A stretch of 64,000 nt of DNA from Octopus sinensis. Taxonomy: Eukaryota. The stretch lies in the NCBI RefSeq assembly GCF_006345805.1, contig NW_021833722.1, forward strand, positions 1 through 64,000, read 5' to 3'. Each line of letters opens with the position of its first letter. The stretch's first letter is position 1. Positions 12,170-26,200 of the stretch are shown here, piece by piece. Below the pieces are notes generated by a model. That model saw only the letters and a program-made list of their open reading frames with translations, had not been told where the DNA came from and did not search any database. The position numbers and the translations under genes were made by a program.

Positions 12170-12359
12170 CCATCAACCACGACGACGACGACCACCACCA
12201 CCACCACCACCACCATCGCCTTCGAAATTCCAGCGCCAACGCCATTATTACCAATACCACCATTACCGACATCATCATTAACATCATCATCACAAAGTCA
12301 TCGCTATCAACACCGCCACCACCACCACCATCACCATCATCATCATCATCATCACCACC

Positions 12360-12415
<56 letters not shown>

Positions 12416-12425
12416 ATCGCCGTCG

Positions 12426-12481
<56 letters not shown>

Positions 12482-12530
12482 GCCGTCGTCGTCGTCATCA
12501 TTATCATCACATCCACCACCTCCCCTCTCA
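12170..12530. repeat. (CAC)/(CAT)n compound microsatellite
   Basis: Direct reading. Confidence 0.9.
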
Positions 12531-13384
12531 GCATTACTGCTACAACCACCTACCATTACAACCACCCTACCATTACCGAATCTATCAACATATTGGAATC
12601 GAGATGAAAGCAACGTATTTGTGTTCTGGTAACATATCTTCACAACAGATAAATGTTTTTTCCCCCGTTTATATTAGACACGACACATTTGTGTGTGTGT
12701 GTGTTGTGTGTGTGTGTGTGTGTGCGCGTTGCGTATGTGTTTATGTGTGAGTACTTATGTGTGTTGATCTCTATGTATGTGTGTGTATGTGTATTGCATA
12801 TATAAGTATGTATACGTATCTGTTTCTTACGATGTAAGTATTTCTGATTCTGTTTGTGTGTGAACATGTAAGACATTTATTACATTGCATGTAATCTTGG
12901 TGTGTATGTGTGTGTGTGTGTGTGTGTGTGGTATGCGTGGTTGTGAGTGGTATTGTTCCTCTCTGCGCATCTATGCGTGTGTGGGTACGTATATGCGTGG
13001 ACATGTGCGCACGTTTGGGTTCACTGTAAGTGTTTACGCATGATTTCTTATACGCTGTTGTAAGAATGGTTATGTGAGGTGGTATTTGTGCAAGAGAGTG
13101 GAACGGAGAGGGAGAAAGAAAGAGAGAAAACGAGAAATGCCATATATATAATTATATATATATATGTAAATATATATATATACCAATTAGGACTGAACAC
13201 GAAAAGGTGGACAGTCAACATGCTAGATATAGACGTCAAATCGCCCATCTCCACAAGGATTATGTTCTCAAATAAAAATAAAAATAAAATATATATATAT
13301 TATTAATATAGTCATACACACAATATATATATATATGTATACTCTATGTTGTTATTTATCTCTCTCTCTTTCTCTCTCTCTCTA

Positions 13385-13388
13385 TCTT

Positions 13389-13448
<60 letters not shown>

Positions 13449-13499
13449 GCTATCTATCTATCTGTTTGACTGTCTGTCTGTCTGTCCGTCCGTCCGTCC

Positions 13500-13556
<57 letters not shown>

Positions 13557-13559
13557 ATC

Positions 13560-13611
<52 letters not shown>

Positions 13612-13869
13612 GGCTATCAATCTAGCTAGCTAGCTATCACACACGCGCATATCTATACACATACACACAAATATATAGAGAGAGATAGATAGATAGATAA
13701 GAAGCGGAAAAAGAAAGAGAAAAGGGAGAGGAGATCGTGAGTAAATAATAAATATACGAGTGTTTTTGATGACCTGGACACCTCGAGTAGACAACAGAAA
13801 AGAAACGGGAGAGAGAGAAGAAAAAGAGGACAATGGAGACATACAACGACAGTAAGCGTGTGTGTGTAT

Positions 13870-13930
<61 letters not shown>

Positions 13931-14053
13931 TGAGTGAATCATAGATATTAAGTAAGAGAAAAGATGAAAGAATACGTTTGTTCGGGAGTAAATAATAAAT
14001 AATAAATGATTAAATGAAGCTAGGCAGACAGAATACAGAATAATAGAGGGAGA

Positions 14054-14103
<50 letters not shown>

Positions 14104-14267
14104 GACGAGAGAGAGAGATGGAGAGAGAGAGAGGAGAGAGAGAGAGGAGAGAGAGAGAGAGGAGGAGACGAGAGGGAGAGGAGAGAGAGAGAGAGAGAAA
14201 GAGAGAGACAGAGAGAAGGAGGGGAGAGAAGAGAAGTAGAAAGAGAGAGAGAGAGAAAGAGATAGAT

Positions 14268-14312
<45 letters not shown>

Positions 14313-14357
14313 GAGAGAGAGAGACAGAGAGAGAGGGAGAGAGCGAGAGAGAGAGAG
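13385..14357. repeat. Cluster of (TATC)n, (TGTC)n, (TG)n and (GA)n microsatellites with short unique spacers
   Basis: Direct reading. Confidence 0.85.
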
Positions 14358-14534
14358 ACGTCAGTGTATGTTCGCGTTGGAAGCCTGCGTTCAAGATAGA
14401 ATCGTTTTGACAAGTTAAGTCAGGTAGAAATTCTCCAGAAGCCGTTTGTGATCAATTTAAAGAACATACAGCGGAGGCCAAAGCATACAAAATATCTTCT
14501 CAACGACGAGAATATACTTATGTATCATTCACTT

Positions 14535-14551
14535 TACTCCTTCTTTCCTTC

Positions 14552-14605
<54 letters not shown>

Positions 14606-15315
14606 CTTTCTTTCTTTCTTCTTTTCTTTTCTCTTTCCTTTCTTTTCTTTGTTTCTTCTTGTTTCCTTCTTTATTTCTTTTGTTTATTACTTTTTTCTTT
14701 GTTTCTTTCTTTCTTCCTTTCCTTCCTTCTTTCTTTCTCTTTGTTTGTTTGTTTCTTTCTTCCTTCCTTTCTTTCTTTCTTTCTTTCTTTCTTCCTTTCT
14801 TTCCTTCTTTCTTTCTTTCTTTCTTCCTTCCTTCTCTCCTTTCTTTCTCCTTTCTTTTCTTCTCCTTCTTTCTTTCTTTCTTCTTTTTTCTTCCTTCCTT
14901 CTTCTTTCTTTCTTTTCTTTCTTTCTTTCTTCCTTTCTTTCTTTCTTTCCTTCTTTCTTTCTTTGTTTCTTCCTTTCTTTGTTTCTTTCCTTCTTTCTTT
15001 CTCTTTGTTTGTTTGTTTGTTTCTTCCTTCTTTCTTTCTTCCTTCCTTTCTTTCTTCCTTCCTTTCTTTCTTCCTTCCTTTCTTTCTTCCTTCCTTTCTT
15101 TCTTCCTTCCTTTCTTTCTTTCTTCCTTTCTTTCCTTCTTTCTTTCTTCCTTCCCTCCTTCCTTTCTTTCTTTCTTTCTTTCTTTCTTCCTTCCTTCCTT
15201 CCTTCCTTTCTTTCTCTTTCTTTCTTCTTTCTTTCTTCCTTTCTTCCTTCCTTCCTTCCTTCCTCCTTCCTTCCTTTCTTTCTTCCTTCCTTCCTTCCTT
15301 TCTTTCTTTCTTTCT
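14535..15315. repeat. ~780-bp (TTTC/TTCC)n polypyrimidine tract
   Basis: Almost purine-free on the plus strand apart from scattered G residues; source of the 220-360 aa F/L/S and K/E/R pseudo-ORFs. Confidence 0.95.
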
Positions 15316-15807
15316 GTCTCCCCCCTCACACACATCTACCTTCTATTCGTAAGTTTATCTATCGAGCCTCCATATACTTACGGGTGCATTCTCCCCCCCC
15401 ATCTCTCTGTTTGTCCGTCACTCATTCTTTCAGTCACCCTCTCCCTCTCCCTTACCCAGGTATCGAATTTTCTACCTCTCTACATAAAAGTGTTAAGTCC
15501 CTTATCCAGCGCACCCCCACCCCCCAATGACGTTTCACTACCCACATGTTCGTCGACGTTTCACTCCGTAGACATCTCTGATCGATTCGAGCGTGACTTT
15601 GAACATCTCTGTCATCTTCTCCAGGGAGATGATAGAAACGTTAAGAACACTCTGATTGACAAATACTGTTTACAAAGAGGAACTAGATTATTTGAAGTTC
15701 GGTTCTTCGGCCTTCAGCTGTGTAGGAATTAATGTTTATGCACGAGAGTAGCTGGATCCATCCATCCCCCATCCATCCATCCATCTATACGCACGTGCTT
15801 GCGTGTG

Positions 15808-15841
<34 letters not shown>

Positions 15842-15845
<4 letters not shown>

Positions 15846-16070
15846 TGTGACCGACCAGGCTATCAGATGTTGCTACACATCGCTGGTCACAGTACGCTTC
15901 GCATTGTTTTAGCCTTCAAATGACGCCACCCCCTGCCGGAGCCTCGTGGAGCTTTAGGTGTTTTCGCTCAATAAACACTCACAATGCCCGGTCTGGGAAT
16001 CGAAACCGCGATCCTACGACCGTGAGTCTGTTGCCCAAAGCACTACTAAGCACCGCACTCATCCTACGTA
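15842..16070 (-). mobile_element. SINE family C copy
   Basis: gcccggtctgggaatcgaaaccgcgatcctacgaccgtgag is a tRNA-like head on the minus strand; similar to 9150-9395. Confidence 0.65.
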
Positions 16071-16100
16071 AAACGCTTTCAATACAGTAACTGTAAGAGG

Positions 16101-16187
16101 ATCACAATAAACTACAGCACATACCCAAGGCACACAGAGCTGCGCTCGGTAGTGAAGTGAAAGCATGTGATAATAAAAAAACTACTG
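16101..16187 (+). mobile_element. R4/Dong element 3' tip (extremely 5'-truncated copy)
   Basis: acagcacatacccaaggcacacagagctgcgctcggtagtgaagtgaaagca is identical to the 3'UTR at ~20922-20973. Ends aaaactactg followed by an AAT/AAC-rich tail. Confidence 0.9.
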
Positions 16188-16247
16188 AATAACAACAACA
16201 GCAAGAATAACAACAATAATAATGAATAATAACAATAATAATAATAA

Positions 16248-16799
16248 ATGCCCAGATGTAGTACCAAGCAGTGGTTCTCATAGCTTCTGATCTTAACTGA
16301 TTGGAAGTGTTATCATGTACATGTTTTGTCTTGGTATAAAAAGATGGGCTTACAGTAAATACCCTGCTCAATACCACAAATTTACTTGTCAATTGCTTAA
16401 TCTTAACCAGTCGAGCATGTCCCTTGGTGGCTGACGATGATATGTGCATCTCTGATCACAAGCAGTAGTGGGGGAGCATCATAGCCATGTGTTGAGAGGA
16501 ATTCTTTGGGATTTGAATAATTCACCTCTGGAAACATGGGTGTTTCGTTCAACATCCATAAATGACTCTTATTCAGGGACCTTTTGAGCTGGATGGGCTA
16601 CTCCACCAGAAGAAAATTCTAACAGGGTCTCACCTGCAAGGTCATGTGCTGTTTATCTTGATATGAGATCACTATGTCGCGCACATGCAATTCATGTATC
16701 TGGTATAGCCTTATCAGACGGGTAATCATGATGGGTATACTGGGCTTCGTATATTTTACCGCAGTGTCACTTTGATGTTATGCACTGTTCTCTCACTCA
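16248..16799. mobile_element. ~555-bp non-coding interspersed element flanked by (TAA)n, copy 1
   Basis: Co-linear with 35651-36207; starts atgccc, ends ctctcactca; TAA repeats on both sides. Confidence 0.85.
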
Positions 16800-16990
<191 letters not shown>

Positions 16991-19900
16991 AAAAGAACAC
17001 CGGGGGACTTTTAAGATGTAAGAAGGAAAATTCAGAGCTCCGAAACCTATCCACAAACATCGAAAACAAGGACATCCTATGGAGCCAAAGTTTTACTAAC
17101 AAAGAATTGGATGTATCCGAGTAAGTAATACAAATTGAAATTTATTACTATTTTCGAAACGACAATGATGTATTTTGACTCGATATCATCTCCACCTCTA
17201 ACGCAACACACGTGTAAACATGCGTGAAACATCACGATCATCTCCGACCAAACACCATGTACAAAGGAACTACGAAGAAATTAAATGCCACCGATACTAT
17301 TCAACCCAAGAATAACAATCGAGCGGTACGTACATTAACCTACAACAAAAAATGTACGAAAAACTACACGTGCGGAATAATGTGACAACAGAAATAAACG
17401 GACCGGTACCCTACGAAAATGACGACACCGTCAAAATAATGGGCCGGACGTTGTACCTCATGTCCCGCAAATAAAACCCAAAAGACGTAAATGGACACGT
17501 GAGGAATACATTTCTATCTTACACGCACTTCACAGCAGTACTCTACCCAAAAAATGAAAATACAACAACACATACATATAAAATATGGAAGGAAAAAATA
17601 ATAGAGATTTAGACTTGGATACAGCAATGAACCCTAATAAATTAGCTAACGTACGAAGATACATTCTCAACACAAAAAAAAAATATCAGAAATAGAAATA
17701 GAACACCTAAAAGAAAACATACACCAGGAAAATGTAGATAGAAGCCAGACAACAATGCCCAATAATATAAACACTGAAACTGTAAAACACGAAGACAAAC
17801 GCAACATTCCCAAACAAACACGATGTAAACAACGAAGGGGAGCCTAATGATTATGATAATATAAAAAATAAAATAATCAAAGAACTGAAAACCACAGAGC
17901 TCACAATGGACCATCGACCATACCTCCCAAGAATCAAAATAAACAAAATTAACAACACCTATTATAAACAGCATAAAACCTAACGTCACTGAACTGATAG
18001 CCACTGAATAAAAAAAAAGTGATATCACTGAGCTAAATAACCTAATATACGCAGCAGCCACTGCAGCACAAAAGAAGCTGGATACTCACCCCAACCCGCC
18101 CAAACAGGAGTACCACCACCCAAACAAAACCCTGTGGATAAAATAACAAACAAAAAAAAAAAAAAAATCGAAAGAAAAAAAAATAGAAAAGACCTGTCGA
18201 TTCTTAATGAAATCAGCAAAGAATCAACGCTACTGAGCAACAAAAAAAAAAGAGAACAAAAATACTCCGCAAAATAACATCACAGAAAAAGATTTGCCTG
18301 AAATAAAAGAAAAGCTGAAGCAAGATATCCTTGCCAAAGCACAAAGGATCCGCCGGTGATCCGCCGGTACAAGAAAACGCCAACGCTTCTTTGAAAAAAA
18401 CAAAAAGTTCAACTCCAACCCCAAAAAGTTCTACCAAGAACTGGGCAAAAATAAAATAGAAGTCACTGCAGCACCAACGGCAGAAGAATTGGAAGAATTC
18501 TGGGGAGAAATATGGTCGGCGAACGAACCACCAAAAAAAAGGAGTATCAAAATAACAAACTCGGCATCTGAACAAACTTGGACCCCCATAACAACTGAAG
18601 AGGTCACCCAGGCGCTGCAAAGACTAAGTAACTGGAAGGCACCTGGGCATGACAAGATCCCCAACTTCTGGTTGAAATATCTAACAGGAATGCACAAAAA
18701 GCTGGCTGAAAACTTTAACAACGTACTAGCAGAGCCAGAGACAATGCCTGAATGGCTCACGAAGGGGAAAACCATCTTAATTCCCAAATCAAATGAAACA
18801 GAAAAACCAGAAACTACAGACCAATAACCTGCCTCCCTACTATGTTCAAGGCATTTACTGCAGTGATATCACAAAGGCTGAACAAGCACCTGGACGAAAA
18901 CAAACTGTTCCCAGAAGAGCAGAAAGGATGCCGCAAAGGCTCATATGGCTGTAAAGATCAACTAATGATTAATAAAGCCATAACTGAAGACAGCCACAGA
19001 AAAGAAGAAAGGCCTCAGTATGGCCTGGATTGACTACAAAAAGGCGTTTGATAGCATCCCCCACACATGGATCCTCGAAACACTAGCCATTAACAAAGTA
19101 ACACCAACAACAATCATAAAATTTATAGAGCACTCTATGAATAAATGGCAAACAGTCCTACACCTCCAAACAAAAGAGGGGGACTCATGAAAACCAAAGA
19201 CATCCCCATTAGAAGAGGAATATTCCAGGGAGATACGCTCTCTCCACTCCTTTTCTGCTTGGCACTGTCACCTCTATCTGATATGCTAAATAGAACTGGA
19301 TGCGGATATAAATGTTACGGCAAAACGATCAGCCCCTTTTATCTATGGATGACCTAAAACTATACGCTGCAAATGACAAACAGCTGGAAACACTATTAAA
19401 GACAGTTCATGGATTTACCAAAGAAATAGATATGAAATTTGGATTAGAAAACTTTGCCAAAGTAACCATGAAAAGAGGAAAACTAGTTAAGAGTAACAAC
19501 ATCACACTAGATGAAGCAAATGAAATAAAAGAATTAGACCAAAGCCAAACTTACAAATACTTAGGAATCCATGAACTAGATAAGACACAACACACACAAA
19601 TGAAAGAGAAAATAAAAAAAGAATATTATAGACGAGTTAGATCAATACTAAACACAGAGCTCAATGCTAAAAACAAGATAATAGGTATCAACACTTAGCT
19701 GTCCCAGTTATAAGTTACAGCTACAATATCCTTAACTGGACACGAAATGAACTGACCAAAATAGACAGGAAAACAAGAAAAATAATGACAGGATCTAGGA
19801 TGCATCACCCAAAATCTGACATAGAAAGACTATATATACAACGTATAGAAGGTGGTAGAGGCCTTATACAGCTGGAAAAACTATAAAATAACCACCATAG

Positions 19901-21001
19901 GACTGCAAAAATATCTACTTCAGAAGGAAGGAAAAACTGATCCAGATAGCGGCAAAACACGAGCAAAACAAAAAAACTGTTCTCAGTATTTAAGGAAGCT
20001 GACAAATACAAACAAGAAATCATACCACCTAATAAACATGAAGAAGAAGAAGAAGAAGAGAAGAAACAACAAAAGCTATAAAAAAAATGAAATCCAAACT
20101 AAAAATAGAACAGCAACGAACCACATAAAACGATGGCAAGAAAAGCCCCTTCATGGTAAATACTGACTAAACTAAACGCAAAAGAAATAGACAAAGAAAA
20201 ATCCCAGCAATGGTTGAGAAGCTCAGGACTCAAAGCAGAAACAGAGGGATTTTTAATTGCAGCACAAGACCAAAGCCTCCCCACCAGAAATTACCAAAAA
20301 CATGTAATGAAAAGAAATATTACAAGTAACTGCAGAATATGTGGAGATGGACAAGAAAATAAATCATATTATCTCTAGCTGCCCAGTCCTGGCTAAGAAG
20401 GAATATATTCACAGACATGACAGAGTTGGAACTTACATACATTGGAAGCTATGCCAACATTATGGAATAACAACAGAAAAAAGATGGTATAGGCACACAC
20501 CAGAAAAGGTCACAGAAAACGAGAAAGCAACCATACTCTGGGATATGTCGATACACACAGATAGAGAAATTAAGGCCAACAGACCAGATATAGTTGTCAG
20601 AGACCATGAAGAAAAAAAAATGCTTTCTAATTGATGTATCAGTACCGGCAGATGACAACGTGTCTCTAAAAGAAATGGAGAAACTCTCAAAATACAAAGA
20701 CCGGAAATAGAGGTAACTAGAATGTGGAATCTGAAAACAGAAACAATTCCTATCATAGTAGGTGCATTAGGCATGATAAAAAAATATTCAGACAAATACA
20801 TAACAAAAACACCAGGACTTACAAACACATATAACATACAGAAAATTGCACTACTAGGCACTGCACACATCCTACGCAGAACACTTTCCATACAATAACC
20901 ATCAGAGCATCACAACAAATCACAGCACATACCCAAGGCACACAGAGCTGCGCTCGGTAGTGAAGTGAAAGCACGCTATAAAAATAAAAATAAAACTACT
21001 G
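16991..21001 (+). mobile_element. Near-full-length R4/Dong-clade non-LTR retrotransposon (RT plus restriction-like endonuclease), ORF disrupted
   Basis: N-terminal KRRKWTREEY (Myb-like). RT motifs NWKAPGHDKIPNFWLK, EEQKGCRKGSYGCKDQL, WIDYKKAFDSIPH, GIFQGDTLSPLLF, MDDLKLYA, YKYLG. CCHC knuckle CRICG...HIISSC; RLE ANRPDIV...LIDVSVP...KLSKYK; stop at ~20898; 3'UTR then (AAT)n. Confidence 0.95.
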
Positions 21002-21019
21002 AATAATAATAATAATAAT

Positions 21020-21900
21020 ACAAAATTATTTAACTCAGAACCAGGGAAAATTGGTACAAATAGTCACAAAGCATGAGCAAAGCAAAAAGTGTTTTCAGTC
21101 GTCAAGGAAACCGAAAAATACCCCAAAGTGGTCATAATACTTGACAACTATGAAGAAAAAGAAGAAACAACAAAAGTGAAAAAAGAACTAAAATACAAGC
21201 TAAAGCTGGAACAATAAAATACCACAATAAACGATGGCAAGAAGAGTCCTTACGTGACAAGCACTGGGATAAGCTAAAAAGAAAATAAGTAAAATTCCAA
21301 CAATGGTTGAGAAACTCAGGACTCAAAGCAGAGACTGAAAGAAGAAACAGATAATGAAGAAAACTGCAATAAGTAACTGCAGAATATGTGACGATAGGGA
21401 AGAAAAAATAAAATCATATTGTCTCTGGATTCCCAGTCCTGGCTAAGAAGGAACATATCCACAAGCATGACAAAGCTGGAACCTGTATACAGTGGAGGCT
21501 GTACCAGAACTATGGAATGACAAGAGAAAAATGGTAGCACTTCGCAGAAAAGGTCTCAGAAAATGACAAAACAGTCACCCTCTGAGATATACTAACATAC
21601 ATAGCTAGGGACATCAAGGCTAAAATGCAAGACATTGTTGTCAGGGACCATTAAAAATGCCTTCTAATCGACATATCTGTCTCAGTAGATGACAATGTAT
21701 CTCTAAAAGAAACGGAGAAACTCTCGAAATACAAAGATCTGGAAATAGAGATGACCAAAATGTGGAGTCTGATAAACGAAATAGTCTGAATAATAATAGT
21801 TGCATTAGGTATGGTTGAAAGCATACAGGAAAATACATGATCAAAACACCAGGGCTCATGAATATATATGAAATACAGAAAATATATTGCCTGCAGTACA
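21020..21900 (+). mobile_element. Older R4/Dong fragment (zinc knuckle and RLE region)
   Basis: Decayed paralogue of 20100-20880, e.g. QDIVVRDH*KCLLIDISVSVDDNVSLKETEKLSKYKDLEIEMTKMW. Confidence 0.85.
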
Positions 21901-22349
21901 AAAGTGGTCCTTAATTTTATCCACCATAGGAGGATGATTGGCAAAGATGACCTTGGCAGTCTCCGAACTGAAAATATAAAGAGTTTGTCATCGTTCGTCT
22001 CACAGTAATTGAATACACAGTTTGTTAGAGAGAAACAAATCGGATGATGGCGAGGAGGTTATGATTCGAAGATATTTATCATGGATAAAATCCGAATTGA
22101 ATATAGCAGGAATAGAAAGATAAACTGAAACATGGCCTGACTAGACGACGAAAAGATAGAAAGACAAAAGAAAGAAGAACGATGGCGTCTGGCAAACGAG
22201 ATTCTGTTAAAGACCACACGAGAGATCATTAGTTCCATTAAATATAACATGAGATAATTAGTGATATTAAATATAACATGATGGGGCGGAGAACAGCCGT
22301 ACACGTTCAACAATAAAATGAGGGAATAACAACTCAAAGAATTATCATT

Positions 22350-23180
22350 AATAAAAGACTATTCCAAAGACTATTCTTTCAACATTATTCATTTGATTGG
22401 TTTTTACAACTAAATCCTGTACTAAAGCAAAATAGCTGTGAATACAAGTATGATAGGTTAGGTACAAACGACCGTTTATAGAAGTAGAGATGTCCATAAA
22501 TGAAGGTGAAGAGTTGGATTATAACGGTTTTTTTTAGCAAATGACCTGTCTGAAATAAAAAGAAAAAGAAAAGAAAAACGAACGTAGCAAGGCTTATGAA
22601 GACATAATGTAGAGTTTCATAAAAATAATGATAAGAAGTAATTATAACAAGAGAAAGCCAAAAAGTCTCAAGGAATAAATAGAATATTGAAGAACGTAAG
22701 AGCAAAACCAGACAGAAATATCACTGTCGCATTAGACAAGCACTCAGATCCGATCTAAATTCATAGTCGTATATATTAATACATTAGCCATAATAGAAAT
22801 AAGTATAGTTTTAATGTAATAAACTGGAAGATGAATGGAGTGAAGAGACTAGATAGAACAACGAGGAAAATGAATAAGAGCATTTAGAATATTATTATCT
22901 CTAAAAGTAGACGTTGATGAAAGCAGGCATTTACTGCAAGCAGAAGTCGGAAGAGCAGTTGTATAATTAGATAAGTATAAGTTTGGTACTGTAGGCTAAC
23001 AAAAACACAGAGCAAAATGCAGTAATAGATTAATATATGGTGGTAAAGAAAAATTCTCTGCTATGAAGGAAGATGACAAATATAACAAAAAGTCTGGAGT
23101 ATGGGAGGGAAGAGCAAAGAGCGCAAAACGAAGTCATAAAAGAATAAGATTAACAGAAAATTCGATGGAAAAGTACTTCA
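22350..23180 (+). mobile_element. Highly decayed R4/Dong RT-thumb fragment
   Basis: YHCRIRQALRSDLNS*SYINTLAI corresponds to EYYRRVRSILNTELNAKNKIIGINTLAV in the better-preserved copy. Confidence 0.55.
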
Positions 23181-23984
23181 GATGGTAAAAGTAGTTGGAG
23201 GGAAAAAAACTTTCGTAGTCAAAAAAATCAATGTAGACAATCAAGACAACTTCAGGCATATTTCAGTCGTATTAAACCTCTTCATCCTCATTATTTTCAA
23301 CTCATCTTTCAGTACAGATATCTTGTATGTGTGGCAATATCGAACATTTTGTAGTCTATGCTTCGCTGATGAGATCCAATTTAACTAAAACACGCTACGA
23401 ATTGTCTACCGTATATACTGAAATAATTAAAATAAGTTCTAATTTAGGCAAACCTCTAGAAATGTTGAGTAAAGCGGATCACTCGATGCTATCGACTCTA
23501 ATACTCAATCGATACTTTATTTTGTCGACTCTGGAGGAGTGAAAGGTAAAAATTGACCTTGAAATAATATTAGCCATTCAACTAATATATTTTTCTTACC
23601 GCATAAGTATTTTTAATTAGATATTAGTAACTTAAGAATCCTTTTTTATGCAGATGGCATCTCGGGGAATTACTTTTAGCGCTAACATTTGTCAAAGCAT
23701 ATTCTGGAAGATCTGAAACGTGTTGCTTGGGTACCTACAAAAATTATCCTGTTCACATCTTTAAAATTGATGACTTCTGGGAGCGAACTAATTCCATATA
23801 TCGTCACCAAAACAAATATATTTCACAAAACCCTTTTTTCTGTCTTTAATCTGAATGTATTACAAAATCACAAGATGGAATTTCTTGGATTTCTGTTTCG
23901 AAAGTTCTTTTATGTTTTACATTATACAACCACTTGAATTTTAGAGTTCTTCCTAGCCTGCATTTTTATATTAAAATCTTCCCG

Positions 23985-24185
23985 GTTGCTGCGCGTTCTT
24001 TAAAGATATTTCGCAGGAGACTGCATTATAGCGATAGCGATCGATTGACGGAGTCGTTGGAACTTCGAACAAATGCGATGCGCTTTCTGTCACGATTCGT
24101 TGTTTCCAGGGTTCAAATCTCAGCGAAGTTAACTTTGCTTTCATCTTTCAAGAATCTATAAAATAAAAACGGCCAAGTACCTAAA
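23985..24185 (+). mobile_element. Decayed SINE family B
   Basis: cagggttcaaatctcagcgaagttaactttgctttcatc matches the B-family box B and downstream core. Confidence 0.55.
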
Positions 24186-24224
24186 CAATTCATCTCCCCA
24201 TTCTCTCTAAGCAAGTTTTGTCTT

Positions 24225-24291
<67 letters not shown>

Positions 24292-24389
24292 CATATGTAT
24301 TTATGCATATATTTCTATATATCTCTGTGAGTGTATATGATTATGTGTGCGTGCATGTATGTATGTAAGTATATTTATATATCTATCTG

Positions 24390-24457
<68 letters not shown>

Positions 24458-24940
24458 GCTATCTAGCTAGCTAGCTAGCTAGCTATACGCATATTATATA
24501 TTTATATATATGATATACATGAGGTGTGTGTGTGTGTGTTGTATGTTGTGCATGTGGGCAATGAGTGTGTCATGTTCGTTTCGCCGCACTTTCTGCGCAT
24601 TTGTGGTGTGCGCATGCGTGCATTTGGGTGTTTATGAAACTCTCCCGACTGATAACACTAATCTTCTTCGACCAGTTGAGGATTAGAGGTAAACAAAATT
24701 GCACACGTAACACACAATCACTCACAATCATGCAGTCAAACACACTCACTCAAACACACACTCACATACATTCGAGCAACTTTAACTTGAGCAATAAATT
24801 GATATTTATCCATTAATAACATTTAAATCTTATCAAAATGACTCAATGCAAATGTATTCATCAATGTCTGCGAATTAAAACTATTTCGGAGAAATGAAAT
24901 TTATAAATCAATAAAAACCTTCAAACTACTAAAAAAAAAG

Positions 24941-25025
<85 letters not shown>

Positions 25026-25776
25026 CAAAACAAAAAAACAAATTGTATCAAAATTTTCTTTTGTCGAAGAAATCAATGTAAAAGCTTATACCACATTACT
25101 GGTATTTAGTTGAATTATAGGCAGGAAATTCCTCAAAGTATATTTGTGTTTCGGTACCTTTAATCGTAGGAATTTCAGAATGATTGGAAATTCTGGATCT
25201 GTGACTTCTCAAAACTGGCTAAAATTAGAAGAGGTTCTGAGTTGAAATCACCACTGAAGTCAATTTCGACTTTCGTCCCTCTGGTGTCGATAAAATAAAC
25301 TACTGCTGTCGAATAGATTGACTAATGTCTTTCTCCCACAAAACAGCTAGTCTTTGGCATAAACCAGAATTAATTATGTATTATAAGGGCCAACGGAAAG
25401 TTTCTTTTCTGTTGATAAAAACTGGGACTTGAAACATGGGTCTTTTTGACATACGCAATCCGAAAATGACATCCGTTTATTATCATCACCTCAAGATTTT
25501 CCGATACTGAATCCATAGAATTTGGTTGTATTTTTTCAATAAAACAGTAAGGCATAATACATACACAGAAATTGGTTTTTCTTCAAACCAGAATTGTTTC
25601 TTAAAATTCTAATGAAAACTTAGACAAACCGCATCGCTGTTTGTGCCTAATTTGAATAATTTACTTAGTGCTGAGCATTGGGAAGATCACGAACCAAATT
25701 CTAACAATAGTCCACCATCATATGCAAGTCCACTCTACCTCGATACCATTGTTCCTGTCATTATGTCCCCATAGAA

Positions 25777-25777
25777 A

Positions 25778-25863
<86 letters not shown>

Positions 25864-25904
25864 GTCTGTCTGTCTGTCTATCTGTCTGTCTGTCCATCTA
25901 TTTA

Positions 25905-25962
<58 letters not shown>

Positions 25963-26037
25963 CATCCATCCATCCATCTATCTATCTATCTGTCTCTCTG
26001 TCTGTCTGTTTGTCTGTCTGTCCATCTATTTATCTGT

Positions 26038-26097
<60 letters not shown>

Positions 26098-26098
26098 A

Positions 26099-26144
<46 letters not shown>

Positions 26145-26200
26145 CCTACCTGTCGGTCTGCCTATCTGTCTGTTTTTTCTCTGTCTCTGTCTGTCTGTCA
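25777..26200. repeat. (TATC/TGTC)n tetranucleotide array
   Basis: Direct reading. Confidence 0.9.

Noticed and set aside
14448-15732. Longest ORFs in the track (220-360 aa, F/L/S-rich or K/E/R-rich)
   Set aside because: They are translations of the TTTC/TTCC tract, which cannot contain stop codons; not evidence of coding.
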